The position numbers and the translations under genes were made by a program. From Myxococcales bacterium (lineage in GTDB: Bacteria; Myxococcota_A; UBA9042), in assembly GCA_037441385.1 (NCBI GenBank), contig JBBISH010000106.1, positions 1 to 22,064 on the forward strand: a DNA stretch of 22,064 bases, in the 5' to 3' direction. The notes below the pieces were generated by a model. The model saw only the letters and a program-made list of their open reading frames with translations, was not told where the DNA came from and searched no databases. Within the stretch, counting starts at the first letter, position 1, and every line of letters begins with the position of its first letter. Of the stretch, positions 8,272 through 15,986 are shown piece by piece.

Positions 8272-8653
8272 GATTTACGCGCGTCAATCCAACCCCGCCA
8301 CCAGCGCGAGCCCTACGGCAAGCACTTGCCCTTCTGGCAGGTTTTTCCGGGCTTGCACGGCATTCCGTCGGCGAAGGGCTCGTGGTGGCAGCCTTTCCAC
8401 CACGCCGCGCAGAGGTCGTTGGTGCACGGGTCGCCGTCGTCGCAGTAGGTGGCCGGCTTGTCCCAGCACGGGCCGGATTCGGCGCAGGTGATGTTGCCGA
8501 AGGCGTCGCTGCGGGTTAGGCGAGCAGGTCGAGTGTTCCCAGTGGGTGCGTCCACGTAGGACCTGGGACCAACTACTCCAAGACCCGCCGCAACCTCAAT
8601 CGGATCTGGCCACAGTGGTTGCTGGCTTGGACTTCGATTGACGCGCGTAAATC
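8272..8653. repeat. Perfect 18-bp inverted repeat pair bracketing a 382-bp segment
   Basis: GATTTACGCGCGTCAATC at 8272-8289 and its exact reverse complement GATTGACGCGCGTAAATC at 8636-8653. Confidence 0.9.
8313..8635 (-). pseudogene. Orphan C-terminal fragment of a Cys-rich/propeller lipoprotein
   Basis: The frame reads ...LTRSDAFGNITCAESGPCWDKPATYCDDGDPCTNDLC...CQKGKCLP*, with the same motifs as the neighbouring proteins. No signal peptide or convincing start lies inside the IR. Confidence 0.65.
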
Positions 8654-8788
8654 TCGGCCCCCGCCTCGCTCCTCGCCCCTGCGAGCCAGAATCCGCCACC
8701 CACTTGATCCAAGTCAAGGCGCCCCCGCCTGCCTCAGCCTACCTTGGTTTGCAGCCCCTTGCGCCGCGCAAGATCGATAGAGGTAGCC

Positions 8789-10864
8789 ATGTTGCAAGCG
8801 AACTCCCCTCGTGGCCCGGCCAAGTGGCTGGCCCTTGCCGCACTGACCCTGACCAGCCAGGGCTGCATCTTGGCCTCCAGCTCCACCGACTTGGACGCCA
8901 CCAGCACCGCCGACACGCAAACCAGTGGCGGAGTCACCGCGGTGGGCGCCGTCTTTGACCCCAGCGGCGCGCCGATGGCAGGAGTCACCGCGCGCGCGGG
9001 CTCGCAGAGCGCCACCTCGGACGGCAACGGCCAGTTCAACCTGCCGCTGGGCAAAGTGAACAAAGCAGTCGTCCTCTTGGAAAAGGCCGGCTATGCCCCC
9101 GCCTACCGGCTGGTGGAGCCCAAAGGCGGCACGCTGGTCACGGTGAGCGCGGTCCTGTCGCCGGTGACGACCACCGGCATGGTCACTCCGCAAGATGGCG
9201 GCACGGTGGCCGTGACGGGCGGCGCCAGCATCACCTTCCCGGCCGGCGCGCTGGTCACCACCGCGGGCGAGGCGCCCATGGCTCCGGCCCAGATTACCGT
9301 GACTTGGCTGCCGCCCACCCAGGCTGCGGCCCAGACGCCGTTCCTTCTGCAGGCCTACGACGGCACGGTGCTGACGCCCCTGGTCAGCTACGGGATGCTC
9401 GAGGTCACGGCCACGGCGCTGGGGCAGCCGCTGCAGCTCAAGTCGGGCACCTCGGCGCAGTGGCGCGCGCCGGCCTTGGGCAGCGACCCGGACAGCATCG
9501 GACTCTTCTATGGCAACCCCGCCTCGGGTTTGTGGGAGCTGCAGGGCGCGGCCGGCAAGGTGGGCAGCGAGTACGTGGTGCAGCTGCCGCACCTGAGCTG
9601 GTGGAACCTGGACGGCTTCTACAAAGTGCCCACGGATCAGCAGGCCTGCGTCACCTTCCGCGCCAAGGGGCCCACCGGCGTGCCCATCCCCGGCGTGGAG
9701 ATCCGCTCGAAGTGGGGCAACAACTACACCATCGCCGGCGGCACCGACGTGAGCGGCCTGCTGTGCCACGAGCACTTTCCGGGCGGCACCACCCTGGAGA
9801 TCCAGTGGAAAGCCGCGATGGCCGCCGGCGCCACTGCCCTGGTCAGCGGCTCGCTCAGCGTCACCCCCAGCGCCTACGGGGCCAAATGCGGCGCGGCCGA
9901 CTGCCAGATCGTCGACATCCCCATCCAGTGCACCACCAACAGCCACTGCGGCCCGGGCGGCAAGTGCACGGCCGGCGTATGCACGGGCACCTCCAGCGGC
10001 AGCGACGCCAGCGGCGCCGATACTTTGGGCGATACCCAGGGCGACGTGCCCGGTGACAAACCCTGCGTGCCGGTCTGCAAGCCCAACCAGTGCTCGGACG
10101 ACGGCTGCGGCAAGCCCTGTGCGGCGTGCCCCAGCGGCCAGTCGTGCAACGGCGCCACCCAGCAGTGCGAGACCTGCACGCCCGACTGCAGCGGCCAGAC
10201 CTGCGGGTCCAACGGCTGCACCGGCAATTGCGGCCTGTGCGCGGCCGGTTCGTCGTGCAACGGCCAAAAGTGCGTGGGCCCGTGTACGTTCTGCGCCAGC
10301 GGCGCCTGCAACCTGCTGGGCTTCGAAGACGGGCTGCCGGGCTGGGACACGAGCGGCGACGTGGCGGTGGTCGACAAGATGGGCCCCGCCGTGGCCCCCG
10401 AAGGCAAGAAGATGCTGCGGCTGTCGACCGGTTTGGCCTACGCCGCGCCGTCGTGGGCGCAAAAGGCCCTGTGCGCCAGCAAGGGCGTGACCAAGGTCAC
10501 CTTCCAGTGGCGGATGTTCAGCGAGGAATTCGACGAGTACTGCGGCTCGACCTACCAGGACTATTTTGTGGTGTGGGCCTTGGGCGCGGGCGGCGCCAAG
10601 ACCGAGCTCGCGCGCTGGACCATCGACCAGTTGTGCCCGAACGGTCAGCACAATTGCACGACCTGCGGCAGCAAGTCGGTGGGCATCAGCAAGACCGACG
10701 TGACCTTTGACAAGGGCGACGTGTGGGCCACGCCGTGGCAGAGCGCGACCTTGCCGCTGCCGGCGGGCGGCGAGTCGGCGACGCTGGTGTGGGAGGTGGC
10801 GGACGTGGGCGACAGCGCCTTTGACACGGTGGTGCTGGTGGATGGGATCAGCTTCACGCCGTAG
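8789..10864 (+). CDS. Lipoprotein (~691 aa): carboxypeptidase-regulatory-like domain, FAM171/ZU5-like region, Cys-rich linker, C-terminal choice-of-anchor-L-like domain
   Basis: GAGGT RBS, ATG at 8789, lipobox SQGC. Motifs ATSDGNGQFNL, GGASITFPAGAL, LPHLSWWNLD, CxxDGCGxxC, FSEEFDEYCGSTYQDYF and DVGDSAFDTVVLVD. Domain names are by-eye resemblance. Confidence 0.85.
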   Translation: MLQANSPRGPAKWLALAALTLTSQGCILASSSTDLDATSTADTQTSGGVTAVGAVFDPSGAPMAGVTARAGSQSATSDGNGQFNLPLGKVNKAVVLLEKAGYAPAYRLVEPKGGTLVTVSAVLSPVTTTGMVTPQDGGTVAVTGGASITFPAGALVTTAGEAPMAPAQITVTWLPPTQAAAQTPFLLQAYDGTVLTPLVSYGMLEVTATALGQPLQLKSGTSAQWRAPALGSDPDSIGLFYGNPASGLWELQGAAGKVGSEYVVQLPHLSWWNLDGFYKVPTDQQACVTFRAKGPTGVPIPGVEIRSKWGNNYTIAGGTDVSGLLCHEHFPGGTTLEIQWKAAMAAGATALVSGSLSVTPSAYGAKCGAADCQIVDIPIQCTTNSHCGPGGKCTAGVCTGTSSGSDASGADTLGDTQGDVPGDKPCVPVCKPNQCSDDGCGKPCAACPSGQSCNGATQQCETCTPDCSGQTCGSNGCTGNCGLCAAGSSCNGQKCVGPCTFCASGACNLLGFEDGLPGWDTSGDVAVVDKMGPAVAPEGKKMLRLSTGLAYAAPSWAQKALCASKGVTKVTFQWRMFSEEFDEYCGSTYQDYFVVWALGAGGAKTELARWTIDQLCPNGQHNCTTCGSKSVGISKTDVTFDKGDVWATPWQSATLPLPAGGESATLVWEVADVGDSAFDTVVLVDGISFTP

Positions 10865-10892
10865 CTTCCGCCGGTTTTTTCACCACGGTCGT

Positions 10893-11044
10893 CTGGGCGC
10901 ATCGCCGCGAGCGCGGCGACCCGGCCACGAGTTTGGGCACGGCAAGTCCTGCGCAAATCGCGACCCCTTGGCCCAAACCGGCGCATGGCGCCGCCCTGCG
11001 GGTCCGTGTCCGTTGCGCGGTGGCCCGCTGGCGCGGGCCGGCCG
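10893..11044 (+). repeat. Family C structured repeat, copy 1 (152 bp; related AT-rich tail to ~11154)
   Basis: Aligns with 14409-14560 and with 15383-15435 + 15728-15832. Internal stems TCGCCGCG/CGCGGCGA and GTTTGGGC/GCCCAAAC. Confidence 0.9.
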
Positions 11045-11187
11045 AGATCGAATTTCGCGGTTAGCGACCCGTGCGGTGGGGATTATCTAATCAACACAGA
11101 ATGTTGCTGGTCTTCTCGCCGCCAAAAACGCTGCGTTCGCGAAAAAATTTCGCGCCGCGCCGCCGCCATTGCGAAATGACCGCGCAA

Positions 11188-14100
11188 TTACGGACACTTG
11201 GTGAACCCTTGGTCCGTGGTGCGCACCACCTGCCACGCGAAGTCAGGGTAGCCCCCGGGGCCGACCGCCGCCGCTGCATCCCAGCCCGAATTGCGCCGCA
11301 AGAGTGCCATGTTCGTGCCCTGACCACTGGCCAGGAGCTCGACTTGCCACTTCCAGCCCGTCCCTGTGGAGACATAGACGTCGCCGCGCCAATCGCTGGG
11401 CTGCTTGCCGATGTGGACCACCCCAGCGTGCCAATCGCTGCCGCTGCCGGCCAGGGCGGTGACATGGCCGCTCTGCGCGTACATCCCAGACGAAGCAAGC
11501 TTGCCGGTGGCGTCGATTTGGCCGATGAACGCCTCGGCCTCGTAGCCGTCCGGCGTGCCGGAGTGGCCCGCGGCGAGCCAGCTTTTGCCCTGGGACCGCA
11601 GCACCCGCAACCGCAACGTCATTGGCCACATCGGCATTTGCCAGAGCGCACTGCCGGTGGAGTTCACGCCCACCACGGTCGCGCTGATCCAATCGGTGCC
11701 AGGCAAGTCCATCGGCACGGCGATCGCGGCCGCCAGGTTGCCCTGCGGGTCGCTGGCCAGGCTGTCGACCCGCACGGCGTTGAGCACATTGAGCATTTGC
11801 GTCCAGACGACCTTGCCCTGACCGGTGCGCTTTTGCAGGAACGCCTGCCCGCCCAGACGCCCGCCCACCACGTAGCCGCCGGTGCAGGGCGTTACGGCGT
11901 CGCCCAGGGTGACGCCGCCCATGCTCTCGGTTTGGACTTGGCCCGAGCCGTCGAGTGTGGGCCAGCGCACGATCAGCAGCTGGTTCGCCGCGGAACCGAC
12001 CCCGACCAGGCTGCCGTCGGCCAGCTGGGCGGTCGCCCGCAGCTCGGCCGAGCTGAGTGGCGAGGCGATCGTTTGCTCGGACAGCACGTTGCCGCCGTGG
12101 TCCAGCGCGACCACCGTGGGCACTTGCGCGCCCGCCGACCCGGCGCTGCCCACCACCGCCAGCCCGTCGTCGGGCAAGGCAAACAGGCCAACAATCGTCC
12201 CGGTTTTCTGCGGCAAGAGCAGCCGGGCCCACACCGACGGGTAGCCGCACTTGCCCTGGCTGCAGGTGTCGCCCAGCGTGCACGCAATGCTGTCGTCGCA
12301 GGGTGTGCCGTCGGCCGCCTGGGCGTGGCTGCAGCCGTCCGGGCCCAGGCACGTGTCCACGGTGCAGGGGTTGCCGTCGCTGCACGGTGCCTTGTCGGCA
12401 GGACCGTCGCACGCGCCGTCGGTGCACAGGTCGCCTTTGGTGCAGGGATTGCCGTCGTCGCAGGGCGCGCCGTTGGCGATGGGGTAGTGCACGCAGCCCT
12501 GGCTGGGGTTGCAGCTGTCGGCGGTGCAGGCTAGGCCGTCGTCGCACTGCGGCAGGGTGGGCGCGCAGCCACCACTGGGCGCGCACGTCGCGGGCGCGCA
12601 GGGGCCGTTGCCTGCGCAGTTGGTCGGGACCAGATCGCCGCACGCCCCCGCGGCCAGGCAGCCGTCGTGGCCCCACGAGTCGGCCCGGAGCCAAAGCACT
12701 TGCGCAACCCCGGCTTGCACGTCGGTGTCGGTCCACATCCAGCCGGTGCCGCGCGGGTACAAGTGCTTGGCGTTGGCGTTCGAGAGCGCTGCCTTGGTGT
12801 CCCAGAGTACCCCGCCGTCGGCGTCCACCAGGAGCAACCGCGCCGCGCCCCAGCCCTGCGTGGACCCCAGCACCGCGACCTGGCCGTTCGCCAGCGGCCA
12901 TAGGCTGACCACCGCTCCTGGCAGGGCGGCCTGGCTGCGCCACTGCAGCTGGTCGTCCTGACCAAATCGAAGGACCAGCGGGTGAATTCCGCCGTTCGTC
13001 GCCACCTCGCTGGCCGCCCACCAGCCCCCCGCGTCCGCGCCAAGGGCGTTGAACTGGCCAAACTTGGCCAGGGGGAAGGTGTGCTGGCTGACCACGCTGC
13101 CATCCGCGGCCATCCGCCAGACCAGGGTGCTGGAAGGATAGATCTTCCCGCCACTTACCTCGCGGCCGATGCCGGTGACCAGGACGGTGCCGCTGGCTTC
13201 GGCCGCCATGGCCAGGGCGGTGGACCACACGCTTTGCCCCTTGCCCACGGCCACGGGGGCGCCCAGCTCGGACGCGCCCAGCAGCTCGCCCGCGGCCGTC
13301 AGGCGAATGAGTTGGCTGGGTTCCGCGGGGGAGTAGCCCCGCTCCAGCACCCACAGGTCGCCGTTGGGGCGCGTCACTGCGGTGGAGGTCTCGCCCAGGC
13401 CGACGGCGGTGACCTCCTTCTCCCAGACTACCTGGCCGGCGGCGCTGATGCGGGCCGCCCACGGCCGGACCGAGGTGGATTGGCCCGGCGCAAGCGGCGT
13501 CAAAGCCGCCTGCCCCACCACGTAGTAGCCGCCGTCTGGGCCGGCTAGGCTGCCGGCGACCCCGCCGCCGTCGCCCAACTTCCAGTCGATCTCCCAGCTG
13601 GGGGTGCCGCTGCCGTCCACGCGCTTGCACCAGGCCGAGCCGGCATTCGGCGGCCAGGTCTTGCTGCCCACCGCCACGGCGCCGCCGTCTTCGAGCGGCA
13701 GGACGTGCCCTTGATCGCCGGGGCCCATGGCCAACGGCCCCAGCGCGCCGCTGCCGCATTGGCCCCATTGGCAGCTGTTGCCTTGCGTGCAGGCGGTGTT
13801 GTCGCTGCACGGTGTGCCGGCCGCGGCCGGGCTGTGCACGCAGCCCATGCCGGCGACGCACTGATCCACCGTGCAAGAGTTGTTGTCATCGCAGTTCCAG
13901 GGGTTGCAGCTGGTGGGGCCGCCGTCGGGACCGGGCCAGTTTTCCTCGATCAACGTGTCGGGAGAAAAGGTGTCTGGCCCGCTATCGGGCGGCGGCTTGG
14001 TCGGCCCAACATCGGGATAACCGGGCGGATCGGTGTGAGGGACATCGGGGCCCCACTGCGGACTGCCGCCGTCGGGGACATCGGCCGGTGGCGCGGCGGC

Positions 14101-14289
14101 GTCGATTTCGCCAGCGGCCACCTCAGCCGTCGCCGAGGACGAGACGTCGGCCAAGCCACCACTTGGGGCACTGCCCGCGCAGCCAGCCAGGCCGACGACG
14201 GTGGCCGCTGCAGCAAGACAGCGACGCGCCTGCCACGGACCGGCGAAAATCGAGTGTGGCCCGTGCGACCATTGAGCAGGTCTAGCCAT
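11188..14289 (-). CDS. Large lipoprotein (~1033 aa): Pro/Asp-rich linker and two beta-propeller-like regions separated by Cys-rich repeats
   Basis: Long ORF with lipobox GLAGC, CDDxxxCTxDxC repeats, and two similar blocks beginning LPLEDGGAVAVGS and FALPDDGLAVVGS. Exact start uncertain. Confidence 0.88.
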   Translation of the reverse strand: MARPAQWSHGPHSIFAGPWQARRCLAAAATVVGLAGCAGSAPSGGLADVSSSATAEVAAGEIDAAAPPADVPDGGSPQWGPDVPHTDPPGYPDVGPTKPPPDSGPDTFSPDTLIEENWPGPDGGPTSCNPWNCDDNNSCTVDQCVAGMGCVHSPAAAGTPCSDNTACTQGNSCQWGQCGSGALGPLAMGPGDQGHVLPLEDGGAVAVGSKTWPPNAGSAWCKRVDGSGTPSWEIDWKLGDGGGVAGSLAGPDGGYYVVGQAALTPLAPGQSTSVRPWAARISAAGQVVWEKEVTAVGLGETSTAVTRPNGDLWVLERGYSPAEPSQLIRLTAAGELLGASELGAPVAVGKGQSVWSTALAMAAEASGTVLVTGIGREVSGGKIYPSSTLVWRMAADGSVVSQHTFPLAKFGQFNALGADAGGWWAASEVATNGGIHPLVLRFGQDDQLQWRSQAALPGAVVSLWPLANGQVAVLGSTQGWGAARLLLVDADGGVLWDTKAALSNANAKHLYPRGTGWMWTDTDVQAGVAQVLWLRADSWGHDGCLAAGACGDLVPTNCAGNGPCAPATCAPSGGCAPTLPQCDDGLACTADSCNPSQGCVHYPIANGAPCDDGNPCTKGDLCTDGACDGPADKAPCSDGNPCTVDTCLGPDGCSHAQAADGTPCDDSIACTLGDTCSQGKCGYPSVWARLLLPQKTGTIVGLFALPDDGLAVVGSAGSAGAQVPTVVALDHGGNVLSEQTIASPLSSAELRATAQLADGSLVGVGSAANQLLIVRWPTLDGSGQVQTESMGGVTLGDAVTPCTGGYVVGGRLGGQAFLQKRTGQGKVVWTQMLNVLNAVRVDSLASDPQGNLAAAIAVPMDLPGTDWISATVVGVNSTGSALWQMPMWPMTLRLRVLRSQGKSWLAAGHSGTPDGYEAEAFIGQIDATGKLASSGMYAQSGHVTALAGSGSDWHAGVVHIGKQPSDWRGDVYVSTGTGWKWQVELLASGQGTNMALLRRNSGWDAAAAVGPGGYPDFAWQVVRTTDQGFTKCP

Positions 14290-14408
14290 GTGTCATCCAA
14301 CTGCCGCCCGCGGTCCAGCCTAGTGGTTGCCGGGGCTGGTCGCAAGGCGCGCCAGCACACGCTTGCCGTTCCGGTGTCGGCCATGGCCGTGATGAGTCGC
14401 GTCGTTTG

Positions 14409-14560
14409 CTGGGCGCATCGCCGCTGCCGCGGCGACCCGGCCACGAGTTTGGGCGCGACAATTCACGCCAAAATCGGAGCGACTTGGCCCAAACCGGCGC
14501 GCGGCGCCGCCCTGCGGGTTCGTGTCCGTTGCGCGGTGGCCCGCTGGCGCGGGCCGGCCG
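14409..14560 (+). repeat. Family C structured repeat, copy 2 (152 bp)
   Basis: Same length as and high identity to 10893-11044. Confidence 0.9.
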
Positions 14561-14563
14561 GAC

Positions 14564-14692
14564 CTACGGCACCACCACCGTCGTGTCGGGCTGGACAGAG
14601 CTGGCTGGCGTCGCCGGTTGGGAGCAAGTTGCCGGCCCCAGCAGCATCCCCAGCCAAACCACCACGGGTTTCAGGTCACTCCGCTGGCGCAC
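14564..14692 (-). pseudogene. Small 42-aa ORF, possibly a truncated lipoprotein (signal-like segment, Cys, PATPAS linker)
   Basis: GGGAG RBS upstream of GTG at 14692. MRQRSDLKPVVVWLGMLLGPATCSQPATPASSVQPDTTVVVP* resembles the N-terminus of the adjacent lipoprotein. Confidence 0.35.
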
Positions 14693-14724
14693 TGTCTTCT
14701 CCCTTTCACGTGCACCCAGAGGCA

Positions 14725-15312
14725 CTACGGCACCATATCGGTCTGGATCGCCAGGCAAATCGGCTTGTTTTGCAGCAGCGCCGGGTAAAAGTGGAAGCAG
14801 AGCTTGGCCGCCGGCAGCGGGCCGGCCTGGTGGCGGATCGTCACTTGCACGTTTTGGGCGGTGGTTTGCTCGGGCCCGGCCTTCATGTCCGCGGGCACGA
14901 TGGCCTTCCAAGTGGCCTTGGGGTCGCTGCAGGCCAGCCCGTCGCTGCGGATGCACTCGATGGCGGGAGGGTCCTCCGTGCTCTTGGTCACCAATGTGAC
15001 CTGGCTGATTTGGACCGCGGCCGCGAGGATGGGCGACGCCTCGTTGGTCAGGCTATACGGAATGCCCAAGGTGGTGCCGGTGGCCACGCTGGCCAGGTGG
15101 ATGGCCTGGGTCCACGAAGTGGCGCTGGGGTGCAGTTTCTGGCCGGTGGCCAGGTTGGTGAGCGCGGGATAGGGCATACAGTCCACGACCGAGTTCCTCA
15201 GGCAGCTGGGATTGGGTGTTGCGGCAGGCACGGAAGCGGGCGTGGAGGGAGTATCGACGCAGCCGACCAGGCCGAAGGTGGCGATGAGGCAGACAAACTG
15301 GGCGAGGCGCAT
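14725..15312 (-). CDS. Hypothetical lipoprotein (195 aa)
   Basis: GGGAG RBS, ATG at 15312, signal MRLAQFVCLIATFGLVGC with lipobox LVGC, and several further Cys. Confidence 0.8.
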   Translation of the reverse strand: MRLAQFVCLIATFGLVGCVDTPSTPASVPAATPNPSCLRNSVVDCMPYPALTNLATGQKLHPSATSWTQAIHLASVATGTTLGIPYSLTNEASPILAAAVQISQVTLVTKSTEDPPAIECIRSDGLACSDPKATWKAIVPADMKAGPEQTTAQNVQVTIRHQAGPLPAAKLCFHFYPALLQNKPICLAIQTDMVP

Positions 15313-15382
15313 GGGCAGCTCCCGGTCGCGGTGGCCTGGGCGAGTATAGGGGCCAGGGCCGCGGTCAACAAGGCAATTCGAC

Positions 15383-15832
15383 CTGGGCGCATCGCCGCGG
15401 GCGCGGCGACCCGGCCACGCGTTTGGGCACGGCAACCTGCCTTACCGGATAGCTACTAGCACCCTAGTTCTATTGGAAACCTGTGCGAACCGCGGCACTT
15501 AGCCCTCACCCCGCCGGCGCCCGCCCCGCTCTCCCGGCGCCGCTGGCGCCACTCGTTCGCTTCGCTCACCGCGGGGACCCCTCCTCTCCCAACGCTTTGG
15601 GCGACGGGCAATGCAATTTCCCTTTACTCCTCGCCCACTTCAGTGGGAGAGGGGTCGGCCGTAGGCCGGGGGGGAGGGCCATTCGACGTGGCGGCAGAGT
15701 AGGCAACCGGTAAGGCAGGCACGGCAAGTCCTGCGCAAATCGGAGCGACTTGGCCCAAACCGGCGCACAGCGCCGCCCTGCGGGTGCGTGTCCGTTGCGC
15801 AGACGCGGCGTGGCCGACGCGATCGAATTTCG
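15383..15832 (+). repeat. Family C repeat, copy 3, interrupted by family A MITE
   Basis: 15383-15435 and 15728-15832 rejoin to match the uninterrupted copy at 10893-11057. Confidence 0.88.
15436..15719. mobile_element. Family A MITE, copy 2 (284 bp), 22-bp TIR and perfect 8-bp TSD
   Basis: CCTGCCTTACCGGATAGCTACT ... AGTAGGCAACCGGTAAGGCAGG, with CACGGCAA duplicated at 15428-15435 and 15720-15727. The empty site is visible at 10938-10945. Confidence 0.93.
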
Positions 15833-15986
15833 TAGTTACGGAGTTCGTGTTGGTTTGTTCGAATGTAAAATCAGCGTACTACTCGGTGCGGCTCGCCAAA
15901 ATCCGACGACGAAGCGAAAAAATTTCGCGATTCCACCAGCGAACCAGACTCATGCACTTGATCTGTTGCGGCTTTTTCGCGCAAAG

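Noticed and set aside
10893..15832. Family C as integron attC sites
   Set aside because: No matching RYYYAAC/GTTRRRY pair bounds the repeat, it is not a single long hairpin, and no integrase is present.
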